From the NCBI GenBank assembly GCA_963749075.1, contig CAVVLJ010000023.1, positions 32,001-96,000 on the forward strand: a stretch of 64,000 nucleotides of DNA, written 5' to 3'. The stretch is from an uncultured Pseudomonadota bacterium (lineage in GTDB: Bacteria; Pseudomonadota; Alphaproteobacteria; JACZXZ01). The position numbers and the translations under genes were made by a program. A model generated the notes under the pieces. It saw only the letters and a list, made by a program, of their open reading frames with translations. It made no database searches and had not been told where the DNA came from. Of this stretch, positions 10,567 to 23,330 are shown one piece after another; position 1 is the stretch's first letter, and the number at the start of each line of letters is the position of its first letter.

Positions 10567-11802
10567 TCACCGACCTGCTGACCCGGCCTCCTTGAGCGGC
10601 GCGCGCAGCGGCCACGTGAGCGGGATGACGAGGAGGACGACCGCGGCGACGACGGCTAAGGTCGAGGGCACGCCGATGCGGTCGCTCAAGAAGCCGTAGA
10701 GCAGGGGCGAGAGCGCGCTGCCGCCGATCCCGAGGGTATAGAAGAGGCCGAAGGCGCGGGCGCGCCGCTCGCGCGGCGCCAGCTCGGCGACCGTGCCGTA
10801 GAGCACCGAGGAGGTGCCGTTGAGCGCAACGCCGATGAGCGGCAGCAGCACGAGCGCCTGGGCGACCGAGAGCGGCAGGAGGGCGAGGATGAGGAGCGTG
10901 GTCGCACACTCGGTCAGGATCACCGTGCGCAGGATGCCGACCCGGTCGGCCACCAGGCCGCAGACGAACTTGCCCGCCGCACCGCCTGCGAAGACGAGGG
11001 CCATGGCGAGACCGAGGGTCGGCAGCGTCGCCCCCTTGGCATTGAGGAGGAAGGGGAGGAGGACGAGGAAGCCGCTGCGCGTGCCGTTGTCGAGGACGCC
11101 GATCGCGGAGAGTGCCGCGAAACCGCGGTAGGTGCCCGGCGACCCGGTGCCCGCACCTGGCTCCGCTGCCGTCTCCTCCTTGGCACGCGCCGCCTCGGCG
11201 CGCGGCGCCAGTACCCAGAGGCCGGCGAGTGCCGCCGCCAGCACGGCAGCCCCCATGGCCATGCTGGTGGCGCGCCAGGCCATGAGGGCGATGAGCCAGG
11301 CGGCGAGCGCCGGCAGCGCCGCCTTGCCCACGTCGCCCGCGAAGTTGTAGGTGCCGAGGGCTGCGCGCAAGCCCCGCCCGTCATAAGCGCGGGAGATCAG
11401 CGAGGAGCCGATGGGATGCTGCACGCTCGAGCCGGCGCCGCTGAGCACGAGCGAGAGGGCGAGTGCCGCGAAGCCGCCCGACCAGCCGGCGAGCACGAAG
11501 CCACCGCCCGCGAGCGCCGTGCCGAGGAGGAGGAGCGTGGCGGCGCTGCCGCGCTCGGCGAGCATCCCGGCCGGGACCTGGAGGCCGGCGAGCGCTCCCG
11601 AATAGAGCGTCTTCAAGAGGCCGATCTCGGCAAGCGAGAGGCCGAAGGCGCCCTGCCAGATGGGGAAGAGCACGTAGAGCACGTTGCCGAGGCCATCATG
11701 CAGCACATGGGCGCCGCAGCAGGCCGCGAGCGCGCGCCGCTTCGCGGCAGTGTTGGCTAGGCGCGATGATTCGGCGTCGTCGAGTGCAGCGGCCATTGTC
11801 AT
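10567..11802 (-). CDS. MFS transporter (Fsr-like)
   Basis: About 12 hydrophobic segments; HVLHDG, QHPIGSSLIS, GTYNFAGDVGK. Confidence 0.85.
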   Translation of the reverse strand: MTMAAALDDAESSRLANTAAKRRALAACCGAHVLHDGLGNVLYVLFPIWQGAFGLSLAEIGLLKTLYSGALAGLQVPAGMLAERGSAATLLLLGTALAGGGFVLAGWSGGFAALALSLVLSGAGSSVQHPIGSSLISRAYDGRGLRAALGTYNFAGDVGKAALPALAAWLIALMAWRATSMAMGAAVLAAALAGLWVLAPRAEAARAKEETAAEPGAGTGSPGTYRGFAALSAIGVLDNGTRSGFLVLLPFLLNAKGATLPTLGLAMALVFAGGAAGKFVCGLVADRVGILRTVILTECATTLLILALLPLSVAQALVLLPLIGVALNGTSSVLYGTVAELAPRERRARAFGLFYTLGIGGSALSPLLYGFLSDRIGVPSTLAVVAAVVLLVIPLTWPLRAPLKEAGSAGR

Positions 11803-11926
11803 CGAAATGAAACATAAAGCCCCGCGTTACGCCACTGGAAAGCATGCCGGGGCATTCCCATGGCGGCTCACGGACGCCGCCGCCGCCGCTTGCGCTCCGC
11901 CTGCGAATTGCCCCACATAGGACGCC

Positions 11927-12604
11927 ATGACGGCCGCCACCTCCCTGCGCCTTGCGGTGTTCGACTGCGACGGCACCCTCGTCGACAGCCAGCACACGAT
12001 CTTCGCCTCGGTCGCCGCCGCTTTCGAGTCGCTCGGGCTCGCCCCGCCGAGACCTGAGGAGTCGCGTCGCGTCATCGGCCTGCCGCTCGCGGCGGCGCTC
12101 GCCGCCCTCATCCCGGAAGGCGCCGGCATCGACGCGGCCCAGGCGGCCGAGCGCTACCGCGAGGCCTTCATGGCATTGCGCAGCCGCGGCGAGGTCGCGG
12201 AGCCGCTCTTCCCCGGCGTCAGCGATGCCCTCGATGTGCTCGCTGCCGCCGGCTACCTCCTCGGCATCGCCACCGGCAAGAGCCGCCGCGGCCTCGAGCG
12301 CACTCTCGGCGGCCACGACCTCCTCGGCCGCTTCGCGACCTTGCAGACGGGCGACAGCGGTCCCGGCAAGCCGAGCCCGGAGATGCTGCTGCGGGCGCTC
12401 GGCGAGACGGGGGTCGAGGCCGCGGCTTGCGTGATGATCGGCGACACCACCTTCGACGTGCTCATGGCGCGCGCCGCGCGGGCGCGCTCGGTCGGCGTCG
12501 GCTGGGGCTATCACGCCATCGAGGAGCTCGCCGCCGCGGGTGCCGACCGCATCGTCCATGCAGCACCCGAGCTGCCCGCGGCGGTGCGCGGGCTGGTGCC
12601 GTGA
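11927..12604 (+). CDS. HAD-IA family phosphatase (phosphoglycolate phosphatase-like)
   Basis: VFDCDGTLVDS, ATGKSRRG, GKPSPEML, MIGDTTFD. Confidence 0.9.
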   Translation: MTAATSLRLAVFDCDGTLVDSQHTIFASVAAAFESLGLAPPRPEESRRVIGLPLAAALAALIPEGAGIDAAQAAERYREAFMALRSRGEVAEPLFPGVSDALDVLAAAGYLLGIATGKSRRGLERTLGGHDLLGRFATLQTGDSGPGKPSPEMLLRALGETGVEAAACVMIGDTTFDVLMARAARARSVGVGWGYHAIEELAAAGADRIVHAAPELPAAVRGLVP

Positions 12605-13311
12605 GCGGTGCCGCGCGGCGGCGTACCTATCGGGCGGCCGCGGTCGTCGAACTTGCCACCGGTTTCGGCGTGGCGCTCGACGGCAAGCCGCTCCATACGC
12701 CGCGTGGCACTCCCATGGTGCTGCCGGCCAAGGCACTCGCGGAGGCGGTGGCCGAGGAGTGGCAGGCGCAGGCCGCCGAGATCGACCCGCTCGCCATGCC
12801 GCTCACCCGCCTCGCCGGCGCGGCCATCGACCTCGTGGCACCCCGGCGCACCGAGATCGCGGCGCGCACCGCCGCCTACGGCGAGAGCGATCTCCTCTGC
12901 TACCGCGCCGAAGGGCCGGAGGAGCTGGTGCGGCGCCAGACTGCTGCTTGGCAGCCGATCCTCGATTGGGCGGAGCGGCGCTTTGCCGCCCCCTTGCGCG
13001 TGACGGCGGGCGTCGCCCCGGTCAAGCAGCCGGAGCTGGCGGTCGCCGCCCTGCGCGCCGCGGTCGAGGCCCTCGACGACATGCGTCTCGCCGCCCTTGC
13101 CGCCGCCACCGCCGCCTCAGGCTCCCTTCTCCTCGCCCTCGCCCTGGCCGAAGGCGAGATCGACGCCGAGGCCGCCTGGGCCCTCTCCCAGCTCGACGAG
13201 AGCTACCAGGCCGAGCTCTGGGGCGAGGACGCCGAGGTCACGCAGAAGCGCGCGGCGCTCAAGGCCGATATCGCCGCGGCCGCGCGCTTTCTGGCTCTCC
13301 TCGAACGTCTC
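12601..13311 (+). CDS. ATP12 (F1-ATPase assembly) chaperone; expected stop codon missing, end approximate
   Basis: [40 protein letters not shown]; the frame stays open to 14424. Confidence 0.85.
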
Positions 13312-13414
13312 GAGAGGCTCCTGGCCTTCGTCCGCGTGCCATGCTATCTGCAAAGCCTGCTGCACCAAGGGTGCGCGCGCCTCTCAGCGTGCGCCGGAGC
13401 GGGCGAGGGGTGCC

Positions 13415-14947
<1,533 letters not shown>

Positions 14948-14979
14948 GGGGACATTACCTATCGATAGCCACGATAGGA

Positions 14980-15028
14980 GCCCTCATCCTGAGGAGGCCG
15001 TGAAGCGGCCGTCTCGAAGGATGAGGGC
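14980..15028. repeat. Palindromic REP-like repeat (TCATCCTGAGGAG...CGTCTCGAAGGATGA), left flank of GIY-YIG gene
   Basis: Hairpin GCCCTCATCCT...AGGATGAGGGC; inverted partner at 15374-15424. Confidence 0.8.
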
Positions 15029-15060
15029 GGGAACGCGGAGGCCATTACGGGTGTTGGCGA

Positions 15061-15359
15061 ATGGCTGCCTATCTCTATATTCTCCGCTGCAGCGACGGTT
15101 CCTACTACGTGGCAGTACCCGAACCAGCCTCGAGATACGGGTCGCCGAGCATAATGCCGGCCGCTTCGGCGGCTATACCAAGCGGCGGAGGCCCGTCGCG
15201 CTGATGTTCCATCAGGAATTCGGCCGCATCGAGGACGCGATCGCGGCCGAGCGTCAGGTCAAGGGCTGGCGACGGGAGAAGAAAGAGGCTTTGATGCGAG
15301 GGCAGTTCGCGGCGTTGCCTGCCCTTGCCAAGCGTGGTGCGTCCAAAGGGCGGTCGTGA
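15061..15359 (+). pseudogene. Small GIY-YIG nuclease (UPF0213-like) with a 1-bp deletion near 15110
   Basis: MAAYLYILRCSDGSYYV then a frame change to GSTRTSLEIRVAEHNAG...YTKRRRPV...AERQVKGWRREKKEAL. Confidence 0.85.
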
Positions 15360-15373
15360 GAAATCCCGACCAC

Positions 15374-15424
15374 GCCCTCGTCCTTCGAGACGCGATCCGT
15401 TGGATCGCTCCTCAGGACGAGGGC
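15374..15424. repeat. Palindromic REP-like repeat, right flank of GIY-YIG gene (inverted relative to 14980-15028)
   Basis: GCCCTCGTCCTTCGAGACG...CTCCTCAGGACGAGGGC. Confidence 0.8.
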
Positions 15425-15474
15425 TTGGGCCTCACGGCACAGGAGTCGTCGCCCTCTAATGAGGGAGTCGGCAA

Positions 15475-15837
15475 ATGACGAGCGCAGACCCGGCCAAGAT
15501 CACCGCGTACCACGCCCACGTCTACTACAAGGACGCGGCCGAACGCGCGTTCGCGGCCGAACTCCGCGAGGAGGTGGCACGCCGCTTCCAGGCAACGCTC
15601 GGGCGCTGGCACGATGTGCCGGTCGGGCCGCACCCGATTGCCATGTACCAGATCGCCTTTGCCACCGTGGAGTTCGCCCGCCTCGTCCCCTGGCTCGCGC
15701 TCAACCACGGCGGCCTCTCGGTGCTCATCCACCCGGAGACCGGCGACGACCCGACCGACCATTCCGAGCACGCCCTCTGGCTCGGCGAGAAGCTCCCCCT
15801 CGACATCGAGTACCTGCGCCGCCTCGGCCGCAGATGA
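15475..15837 (+). CDS. DOPA 4,5-dioxygenase family protein
   Basis: YHAHVYY, PVGPHP, WLALNHGGLSVLIHP, DHSEHALWLG. Confidence 0.9.
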   Translation: MTSADPAKITAYHAHVYYKDAAERAFAAELREEVARRFQATLGRWHDVPVGPHPIAMYQIAFATVEFARLVPWLALNHGGLSVLIHPETGDDPTDHSEHALWLGEKLPLDIEYLRRLGRR

Positions 15838-15936
15838 GCCGGGATGGCAAAGCGGTTGAGCCCTCTCGGAGCCCTATGGTATCAACTATAGGACGATGAC
15901 AAGATAGACCGATCGCCGGGGACCTCCGCCAACACC

Positions 15937-17436
<1,500 letters not shown>

Positions 17437-17448
17437 AGGAGGAGGCGC

Positions 17449-18402
17449 TTGGTCGAACCCTATCTGGAGCTGCGCAGGAGGACCGCCGCGCGCGACCGCA
17501 GCCTGCGCGAGAAGGTGATGTCGCTCGAGGCGGCGGCAGCCTTGGTGCCGGACGGCGCCCTCGTCGGCATCGGCGGCAGCACGCTCTCGCGTACGCCGAT
17601 GGCGATGGTGTGGGCGCTCATCCGCGCCGGGCGCCACGGGCTCAAATGCGCGCGCGGCATCAGCTCGAGCGAGGGCGAGCTCCTCTTGGCATCGGGTGCC
17701 GCCAACCACATCGTCACCAGCTGGTTCAGCCAAGGCATCGTCTGGGGCGTCTCCAGGATCATGCGCCTCTATACGGAGTCCAAGCGCGCGCGCTTCGAGG
17801 AGTGGAGCCACATGGCGATGGGCCTGCGCTTCCGCGCGGGTGCCATGGGCGTCCCCTTCCTCCCCATGCGCTCGATGATGGGATCGGACGTGATTGGCCG
17901 CCTGCCCGATGCGCACCTCATGGACTGCCCCTTCACGGGCGAGAAGCTCGTGCTGGTGCCGGCGCTCAACCCGGACGTGGCGCTCATCCACGTGCAGCGC
18001 TGCGACGCCTACGGCAACGCCCAGATGGACGGCCTGCAGTTCCTCGACATCGACCTCGCGATGGCCGCCGAGCGCGTCATCCTCACGACCGAGCGCATCG
18101 TCTCGAACGAGCAGATCCGCCGCGCCCCCGACGAGACCAAGATCCCCTTCTTCACCGCCGACGCGGTCGTCGAGGTGCCCTTCGGCTCGGCACCCCACGA
18201 GTGCTACGGCGTCTACGAGCCCTTCTTCAAGCACCTCGACATGTACGCCGGCCTCTTGCGCAAGGACCCGGAGAAGGGCATCGCCGACTATCTCGCGCGC
18301 TATTTCTACGGACCTGAGAGCTGGGCCGACTATCTAGCCCTTCTCGGCGTCGAGGAGATGCTCGACGCGGCGCGCCGCGGGAGGAGCATCTATGACGATT
18401 GA
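17449..18402 (+). CDS. Family I CoA-transferase subunit A (glutaconate CoA-transferase-like)
   Basis: KVMSLEAA, RAGAMGVPFLP, PDVALIHVQRCDAYGN, VVEVPFGSAP. Confidence 0.88.
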   Translation: MVEPYLELRRRTAARDRSLREKVMSLEAAAALVPDGALVGIGGSTLSRTPMAMVWALIRAGRHGLKCARGISSSEGELLLASGAANHIVTSWFSQGIVWGVSRIMRLYTESKRARFEEWSHMAMGLRFRAGAMGVPFLPMRSMMGSDVIGRLPDAHLMDCPFTGEKLVLVPALNPDVALIHVQRCDAYGNAQMDGLQFLDIDLAMAAERVILTTERIVSNEQIRRAPDETKIPFFTADAVVEVPFGSAPHECYGVYEPFFKHLDMYAGLLRKDPEKGIADYLARYFYGPESWADYLALLGVEEMLDAARRGRSIYDD

Positions 18403-19183
18403 GGCGATGGGCAAGGCGCGGCCACGGCCCTATACGGCGAGCGAGCTCCTGGCCGTGATGGCGAGCCGCCTGCTCGAGGACGGGCAGGTGGTGTTCGCGG
18501 GCGTCGGCATCCCACTCCTGGCAGCAACCCTCGCCCAGCGCCTCCACGGCCCCGGGCTCACCATCCTCTTCGAGGGCGGCACCATCGGCGCCTTCGTCGA
18601 GCCCGGGCAATTGCCGCCCTCGACCAACGAGCAGCGCTGCACGCGGCGCGCCAACATGGTGCTCGCCAGCACCGACGTGCTCCTCCTCCTCCAGCGCGGC
18701 TACGTCGACGTGGGCTTCATGGGCGGCGCCCAGATCGACCGCCACGGCAACCTCAACAGCTCCTTCATCGGCGACCCCGACAACCCGACGACGCGCCTTC
18801 CCGGCACCGGCGGCGGCAACGACATCGCGAGCTTGACGCAAATGATCGTCGCCATGAAGCACGAGAAGCGCCGCTTCGTCGACAAGGTCGATTTCATCAC
18901 CAGCCCCGGCTTCATCGCGGGCGGCACCTCGCGACGCGACGCCGGGCTCATCACGGGCGGGCTCTACCGCGTCGTCACCGACCTCGCGGTCATGGGCTTC
19001 GCCGAGGAGAGCCGCGAGATGCAGATCCTGGCGCTCCATCCGGGCGTCAGCGTCGAGGAGGTGCGGGACAACACTGGCTTCCCTCTCCTCGTGGCCGACG
19101 ACCTCGCCACCACCGAGCCGCCGAGCGAGCGCGAGCTCGCGACCCTCCGCCACCTCGACCCGGACAAGCTCTATATCGCGTAG
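18392..19183 (+). CDS. Family I CoA-transferase subunit B
   Basis: VFAGVGIP, LFEGG (catalytic Glu position), GGAQIDRHGNLNSS, RLPGTGGGNDIAS. Confidence 0.88.
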   Translation: MTIEAMGKARPRPYTASELLAVMASRLLEDGQVVFAGVGIPLLAATLAQRLHGPGLTILFEGGTIGAFVEPGQLPPSTNEQRCTRRANMVLASTDVLLLLQRGYVDVGFMGGAQIDRHGNLNSSFIGDPDNPTTRLPGTGGGNDIASLTQMIVAMKHEKRRFVDKVDFITSPGFIAGGTSRRDAGLITGGLYRVVTDLAVMGFAEESREMQILALHPGVSVEEVRDNTGFPLLVADDLATTEPPSERELATLRHLDPDKLYIA

Positions 19184-19210
19184 CAGGCTCTCCTCCCTCT
19201 CCCTCCCCTT

Positions 19211-19272
19211 CTCCCTCTCCCGCAAGCGGGAGAGGGAAGGGGCCCATCGCAGAGCGATGGGAAGGGTGAGGG
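19211..19272. repeat. REP-like palindromic repeat (CCCTCTCCCGCAAGCGGGAGAGGG type)
   Basis: Hairpin unit shared with 46104-46247. Confidence 0.8.
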
Positions 19273-19305
19273 ATCGCACATACCTCTCCTACTATAGGAA
19301 CCGCC

Positions 19306-20259
19306 ATGCCAGGCCTGTCGAACACCTTCGGAATCGCCATGCGCAACTTCACGGCCTTTCCCGAGCTGCCGGATGCCCCGGCGCTCGTCGACTACGGCGT
19401 GCGCATGGAGGAGCTCGGCTTCGATTCCCTCTGGGTGTGGGACCACGTGCTCCTCGGCGTCGCGCCGCATTTCCCCATCATCGAGGCGTTGACGCTCCTG
19501 ACCGCGGTCGCGGCGCGCGCGCACCGCATCAAGCTCGGCACCGGCGTGCTCGTGCTGCCGGTGCGCAACCCCGTGCTGCTCGCGAAGCAGCTCTCGAGCC
19601 TCGACCTCATCTCCCAAGGCCGCCTCATCCTCGGCCTCGCCACGGGCTGGTACAGGCGCGAGTTCGACAGCTTGGGCGTGCCCTTCGAGAAGCGCGGCAA
19701 GATCATGGACCAGAGCCTCGAGATCATGACGCGGCTGTGGACCGAGGACCTGGTCGCCGGCAGCTACCCGCCCTACGAGATGAAGGCGGCGGTGATGTTC
19801 CCCAAGCCCTTCCAGCGCCCGCGCCCGCCCATCCTCATCGGCGGCTACGTGGACCGCGTGCTCAAGCGCGCCGCGACCGCGGGCGACGGCTGGCTCACCT
19901 ATTTCTACACGCCCGAGAGCTTCGCGCGCTCCTGGCGCAAGGTGTGCGACTTCGCCCAAGAGGCGGGGAAGGACCCAGGAGCGCTCCTCAACGCCAACCA
20001 GCTCCCCATCATGGTGGGGAAGTCGCGCGCCGGGGTCGAGGCGCCGATGATGGAGTGGCTCACCAAGGAGTGGGACTACGCGGCGTGGAGCGAATCGACC
20101 AAGGACTCGGCGGTCATGGGCACCGTCGACGAGTGCGTGGCCCAGCTCAAGGCCCAGCTCGCGGCGGGCGTGCAGAAGCTCATCTTCGTGCCCTACCAGT
20201 ACCGCTCAGACCAGATCGAGATCATCGCCAAGGAGATCATTCCGCGGCTGAGGAGCTAG
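19306..20259 (+). CDS. LLM-class oxidoreductase, probably F420-dependent
   Basis: GFDSLWVWDH, IKLGTGVLVLPVRNPVLLAKQ, GRLILG, PKPFQRPRPPILIGG. Confidence 0.85.
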   Translation: MPGLSNTFGIAMRNFTAFPELPDAPALVDYGVRMEELGFDSLWVWDHVLLGVAPHFPIIEALTLLTAVAARAHRIKLGTGVLVLPVRNPVLLAKQLSSLDLISQGRLILGLATGWYRREFDSLGVPFEKRGKIMDQSLEIMTRLWTEDLVAGSYPPYEMKAAVMFPKPFQRPRPPILIGGYVDRVLKRAATAGDGWLTYFYTPESFARSWRKVCDFAQEAGKDPGALLNANQLPIMVGKSRAGVEAPMMEWLTKEWDYAAWSESTKDSAVMGTVDECVAQLKAQLAAGVQKLIFVPYQYRSDQIEIIAKEIIPRLRS

Positions 20260-22681
20260 CGCGCTCGTAGTGCCGCGCGGGCGTATTGACGAGCTCTGCG
20301 AGCGGGACGGCGGCGAAGGAGGTGGCGCGGCGCTCCACGGCGGCGCTGCCATAGAGCGTCGTGCGCTGCACCGGCTCGCGGCCGGCGGCGACGATCATCG
20401 CCTCCATGGCGGCGGGCGACATCTCCTGGCCGTGCACGGCGCCCGCCGCGCGGGTGATCGTCTCGTTCATGAGCGTGCCGCCGAGGTCATTCACGCCGGC
20501 CTTGAGGCAGGCCGAGACGCCGCGCGGGCCGAGCTTCACCCAGGAGGCCTGGATGTTCGTCACGTGGGGATGGAGGGCGAGGCGGGCGACCGCGTGCATG
20601 AGCACGGCCTCGCGGAAGGTGGGGCCGCGCCGCGCGCGTCCCTTGAGGTAGATCGGCGCCTCCATGTGCACGAAGGGGAGCGGGACGAACTCGGTGAAGC
20701 CGTGGGTGCGCATCTGGAGCTCGCGCACGCGGAGGAGGTGGCGCGCCCAATGGAGCGCCCGCTCCACGTGGCCGAACATGATGGTGGCGGTGCTCCTGAG
20801 CCCGAGCGCGTGCGCCGCCTCCATGACCGCAAGCCACTCGGAGGTCGTGACCTTGTCGGGGCAGATGACGGCGCGCACCTCGTCGTCGAGGATCTCGGCG
20901 GCGGTGCCGGGGAGCGTGCCGAGTCCGGCCTCGCTGAGCGCTGCCAAGAAGTCGGGCACGGCCATCTTGAGGGTGGCCGCCCCCTGGCTCACCTCGAGCG
21001 GCGTGAAGGCGTGCACGTGCATGCCCGGTGCCGCCGCCTTGACGGCGCGGCAGATGTCGAGATAGGTGGCACCGGTATATTCCGGATGGATGCCGCCCTG
21101 CATGCACACTTCGCTGGCGCCGCGCTGCCACGCCTCGCGCGTGCGCCGCGCGATCTCCTCGAGATCGAGGGCATAGGGCCGGCCGCGCAGGTTCTCGCTC
21201 AGCTTCCCCTTGGAGAAGGCGCAGAACTGGCAGCGGAAATAGCAGACGTTGGTGTAGTTGATATTGCGGTTGACGACGTAGCTCACGCGCTTCCCGTTGA
21301 CCGCCGCGCGCAGCTCGTCGGCGGCGGCGGTGACGGCGGTGAACTCGGGTCCCCGCGCCGCGAAGAGGCGCACCACCTCCGCCTCGGCGAGCGTCTCGCC
21401 GCGCGTGGCGCGCGCGAGGATGGCGGCGAGGCCGCGCTCGATCTTGGCCGGGCGGGGTGCGGCGATGAGCGCCAGCTCCCGTTCGGGCACCGGCACGTCG
21501 GCACCCGGCCACCAGCCGTCCGGCCGCGCCAGCCCGTCCGCATCGCTGAGCTGGCGCACCGCGGGCGCCAGGCCCGCGTCGATCCAGCGCGCAGGTTCTT
21601 GCGCGTAAGCCGGATAGACGGCCAGGCGCTCGACGAGCTCCTTGCCGCCGGCGTTGGTCTCGCGTTCGAGTGCCGCGAGATGCGGCCAGGGCGCCTCGGG
21701 ATTGACGTGGTCGGGGGTCACCGGCGAGACGCCGCCCCAGTCGTTGATGCCGGCACGGATGAGGGAGGCAAGCGCTGCCGGGCTGAGGTTGGGCGGCGCC
21801 TGGATGTTCATCTCGCCGCCGAGCACGAGGCGTGCCACGGCGATGGTCCAGAGATGCTCCTCGAGCGTGGCGTCGGGAGCGCTGGCCATGCGCGTCGCCG
21901 GCTTGGCGCGGAAGTTCTGGACGATGATCTCCTGGAGGTGGCCGTAGCGGTCGTGGAGCTCGCGGAGCGCGAGGAGCGCATCGATGCGCTCGCGCCGCGT
22001 CTCGCCGATGCCGATGAGGATGCCCGAGGTAAAAGGCACCGCCGCCAGGCCTGCGAGCCGGATGGTCTCGAGGCGCACGGCGGGACGCTTGTCGGGCGAG
22101 CCGAAATGCGGCCCGCCGCGCGCGCATAGCCGCTCGGCGCTCGCTTCCAGCATGATGCCCTGCGAGACCGAGACCCGGCGCAGGGCTGCCAAGTCGCCGG
22201 CCGTGAGCACGCCGGGATTGGCGTGGGGCAAGAGGCCCGTCTCCTCGAAGACGAGACGCGCCGCCTCGACGAGATAGGAGATCGTGGTGGCGTGGCCGAG
22301 GGCCTCGAGCTCGCGCCGTGCCACGGCATAGCGCAGCTCGGGCTTGTCGCCGAGCGTGAAGAGCGCCTCCTTGCAACCGGCGGCGGCGCCCGCGCGGGCG
22401 ATGGCGAGCACCTCCTCGCGGCCGAGATAGGCGCTCTCCCCGCGGCGCGGCGGGCCTGCGAAGGTGCAATAGTGGCAGACGTCGCGGCAGAGCCGGGTGA
22501 GCGGGATGAAGACTTTGCGCGAATAGGAGATGCGGTTGCCGTGTACGCGGTCCCTCAGCGCGGCCGCTGCCTCCATGAGAGGCTCGAGCTCGCCGCAGGC
22601 GGCGAGCTCAAACGCCTCCTCCGGAGTGGGCGCGCGTCCATGGGCCAACTCGCGCAACAGGCTTCTCAGAGCGTGATCCAT
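20237..22681 (-). CDS. fbiC: FO synthase, CofG-CofH fusion
   Basis: Two radical-SAM motifs (CRDVCHYC, CYFRCQFC); YSRKVFIPLT, DWGGVSPVTPDHVNPE, NRNINYTN, PGTAAEILDD, GGTLMNE. Confidence 0.95.
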   Translation of the reverse strand: MDHALRSLLRELAHGRAPTPEEAFELAACGELEPLMEAAAALRDRVHGNRISYSRKVFIPLTRLCRDVCHYCTFAGPPRRGESAYLGREEVLAIARAGAAAGCKEALFTLGDKPELRYAVARRELEALGHATTISYLVEAARLVFEETGLLPHANPGVLTAGDLAALRRVSVSQGIMLEASAERLCARGGPHFGSPDKRPAVRLETIRLAGLAAVPFTSGILIGIGETRRERIDALLALRELHDRYGHLQEIIVQNFRAKPATRMASAPDATLEEHLWTIAVARLVLGGEMNIQAPPNLSPAALASLIRAGINDWGGVSPVTPDHVNPEAPWPHLAALERETNAGGKELVERLAVYPAYAQEPARWIDAGLAPAVRQLSDADGLARPDGWWPGADVPVPERELALIAAPRPAKIERGLAAILARATRGETLAEAEVVRLFAARGPEFTAVTAAADELRAAVNGKRVSYVVNRNINYTNVCYFRCQFCAFSKGKLSENLRGRPYALDLEEIARRTREAWQRGASEVCMQGGIHPEYTGATYLDICRAVKAAAPGMHVHAFTPLEVSQGAATLKMAVPDFLAALSEAGLGTLPGTAAEILDDEVRAVICPDKVTTSEWLAVMEAAHALGLRSTATIMFGHVERALHWARHLLRVRELQMRTHGFTEFVPLPFVHMEAPIYLKGRARRGPTFREAVLMHAVARLALHPHVTNIQASWVKLGPRGVSACLKAGVNDLGGTLMNETITRAAGAVHGQEMSPAAMEAMIVAAGREPVQRTTLYGSAAVERRATSFAAVPLAELVNTPARHYERASSSAAE

Positions 22682-22740
22682 TCTCGGCGATCTTTCGGCT
22701 GAGGCGGCGCCTAGGGGCGACTCTCGCGAGTTTGAGCGTC

Positions 22741-22838
22741 ACCCCCACCCCTACCCTCCCCCTTCAAGGGGGAGGGGGAAGTCATGAAAACGCCCGCATC
22801 TCCCCTCCCCCCTTGAGGGGGAGGGTAGGGAGGGGGGT
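22741..22838. repeat. REP-like palindromic repeat dimer, same family as 3681-3781
   Basis: CCCTCCCCCTTCAAGGGGGAGGG and inverted CCCTCCCCCCTTGAGGGGGAGGG. Confidence 0.85.
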
Positions 22839-22851
22839 GCATCTTGCGCAC

Positions 22852-22869
22852 ATGAGTAGGCATACTAAT
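22852..22869. promoter_or_regulatory. AT-rich imperfect palindrome upstream of fbiC, candidate operator
   Basis: ATGAGTAGGCATACTAAT is nearly self-complementary in a GC-rich background. Confidence 0.4.
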
Positions 22870-22953
22870 GCATTCTTATAGCCCCCTCGCGCCCGCGGGC
22901 AAGGCCCGGGGGGGCCTCGCCATGCCAGGTTTGCGGGGCTGCCATGCGCCGCG

Positions 22954-23286
22954 CTAGCGCAGCGGCGAATAGCTAGCCGGAGAGAGGAAGACGTTCGAGC
23001 TTTTGGCCACCAGCGGTCCGCCGGACTTCTGGGCGAAGGCGGCGCGCTTCTCCTTCCACTCGGGATCGGCGTAGAAGGCCTCCCATTTCTCGTTGCGCTC
23101 GTTCATGCTGTCGAAGGCCAGGATGTAGACGAGCGTCGCCTCGTCGTCGCCCACCACCGGCTGCCAGGCCCCCACGAGATGCATGCCGTGCTTCTTGAAG
23201 ACCGGCACGGCGATGTCCTTCATCAGCTCGTGGAGCGCCGGGAGCTTGCCCGGCAGGCATTCGTAGCGGCGCAGCTCGTAGATCAT
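22954..23286 (-). CDS. NIPSNAP-family protein
   Basis: MIYELRRY..PGK, GAWQ, LVYIL, KWEAFYADPEW, PASYSPLR; RBS GGAGAGG. Confidence 0.88.
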   Translation of the reverse strand: MIYELRRYECLPGKLPALHELMKDIAVPVFKKHGMHLVGAWQPVVGDDEATLVYILAFDSMNERNEKWEAFYADPEWKEKRAAFAQKSGGPLVAKSSNVFLSPASYSPLR

Positions 23287-23330
23287 CGCACGTTCTCCCT
23301 CTCCATGTGAGTGTCGCCACTCCGCGCGCC

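Noticed and set aside
15475-15837. Betalain pigment pathway
   Set aside because: No tyrosinase or related genes nearby; this small family is common as a stand-alone gene
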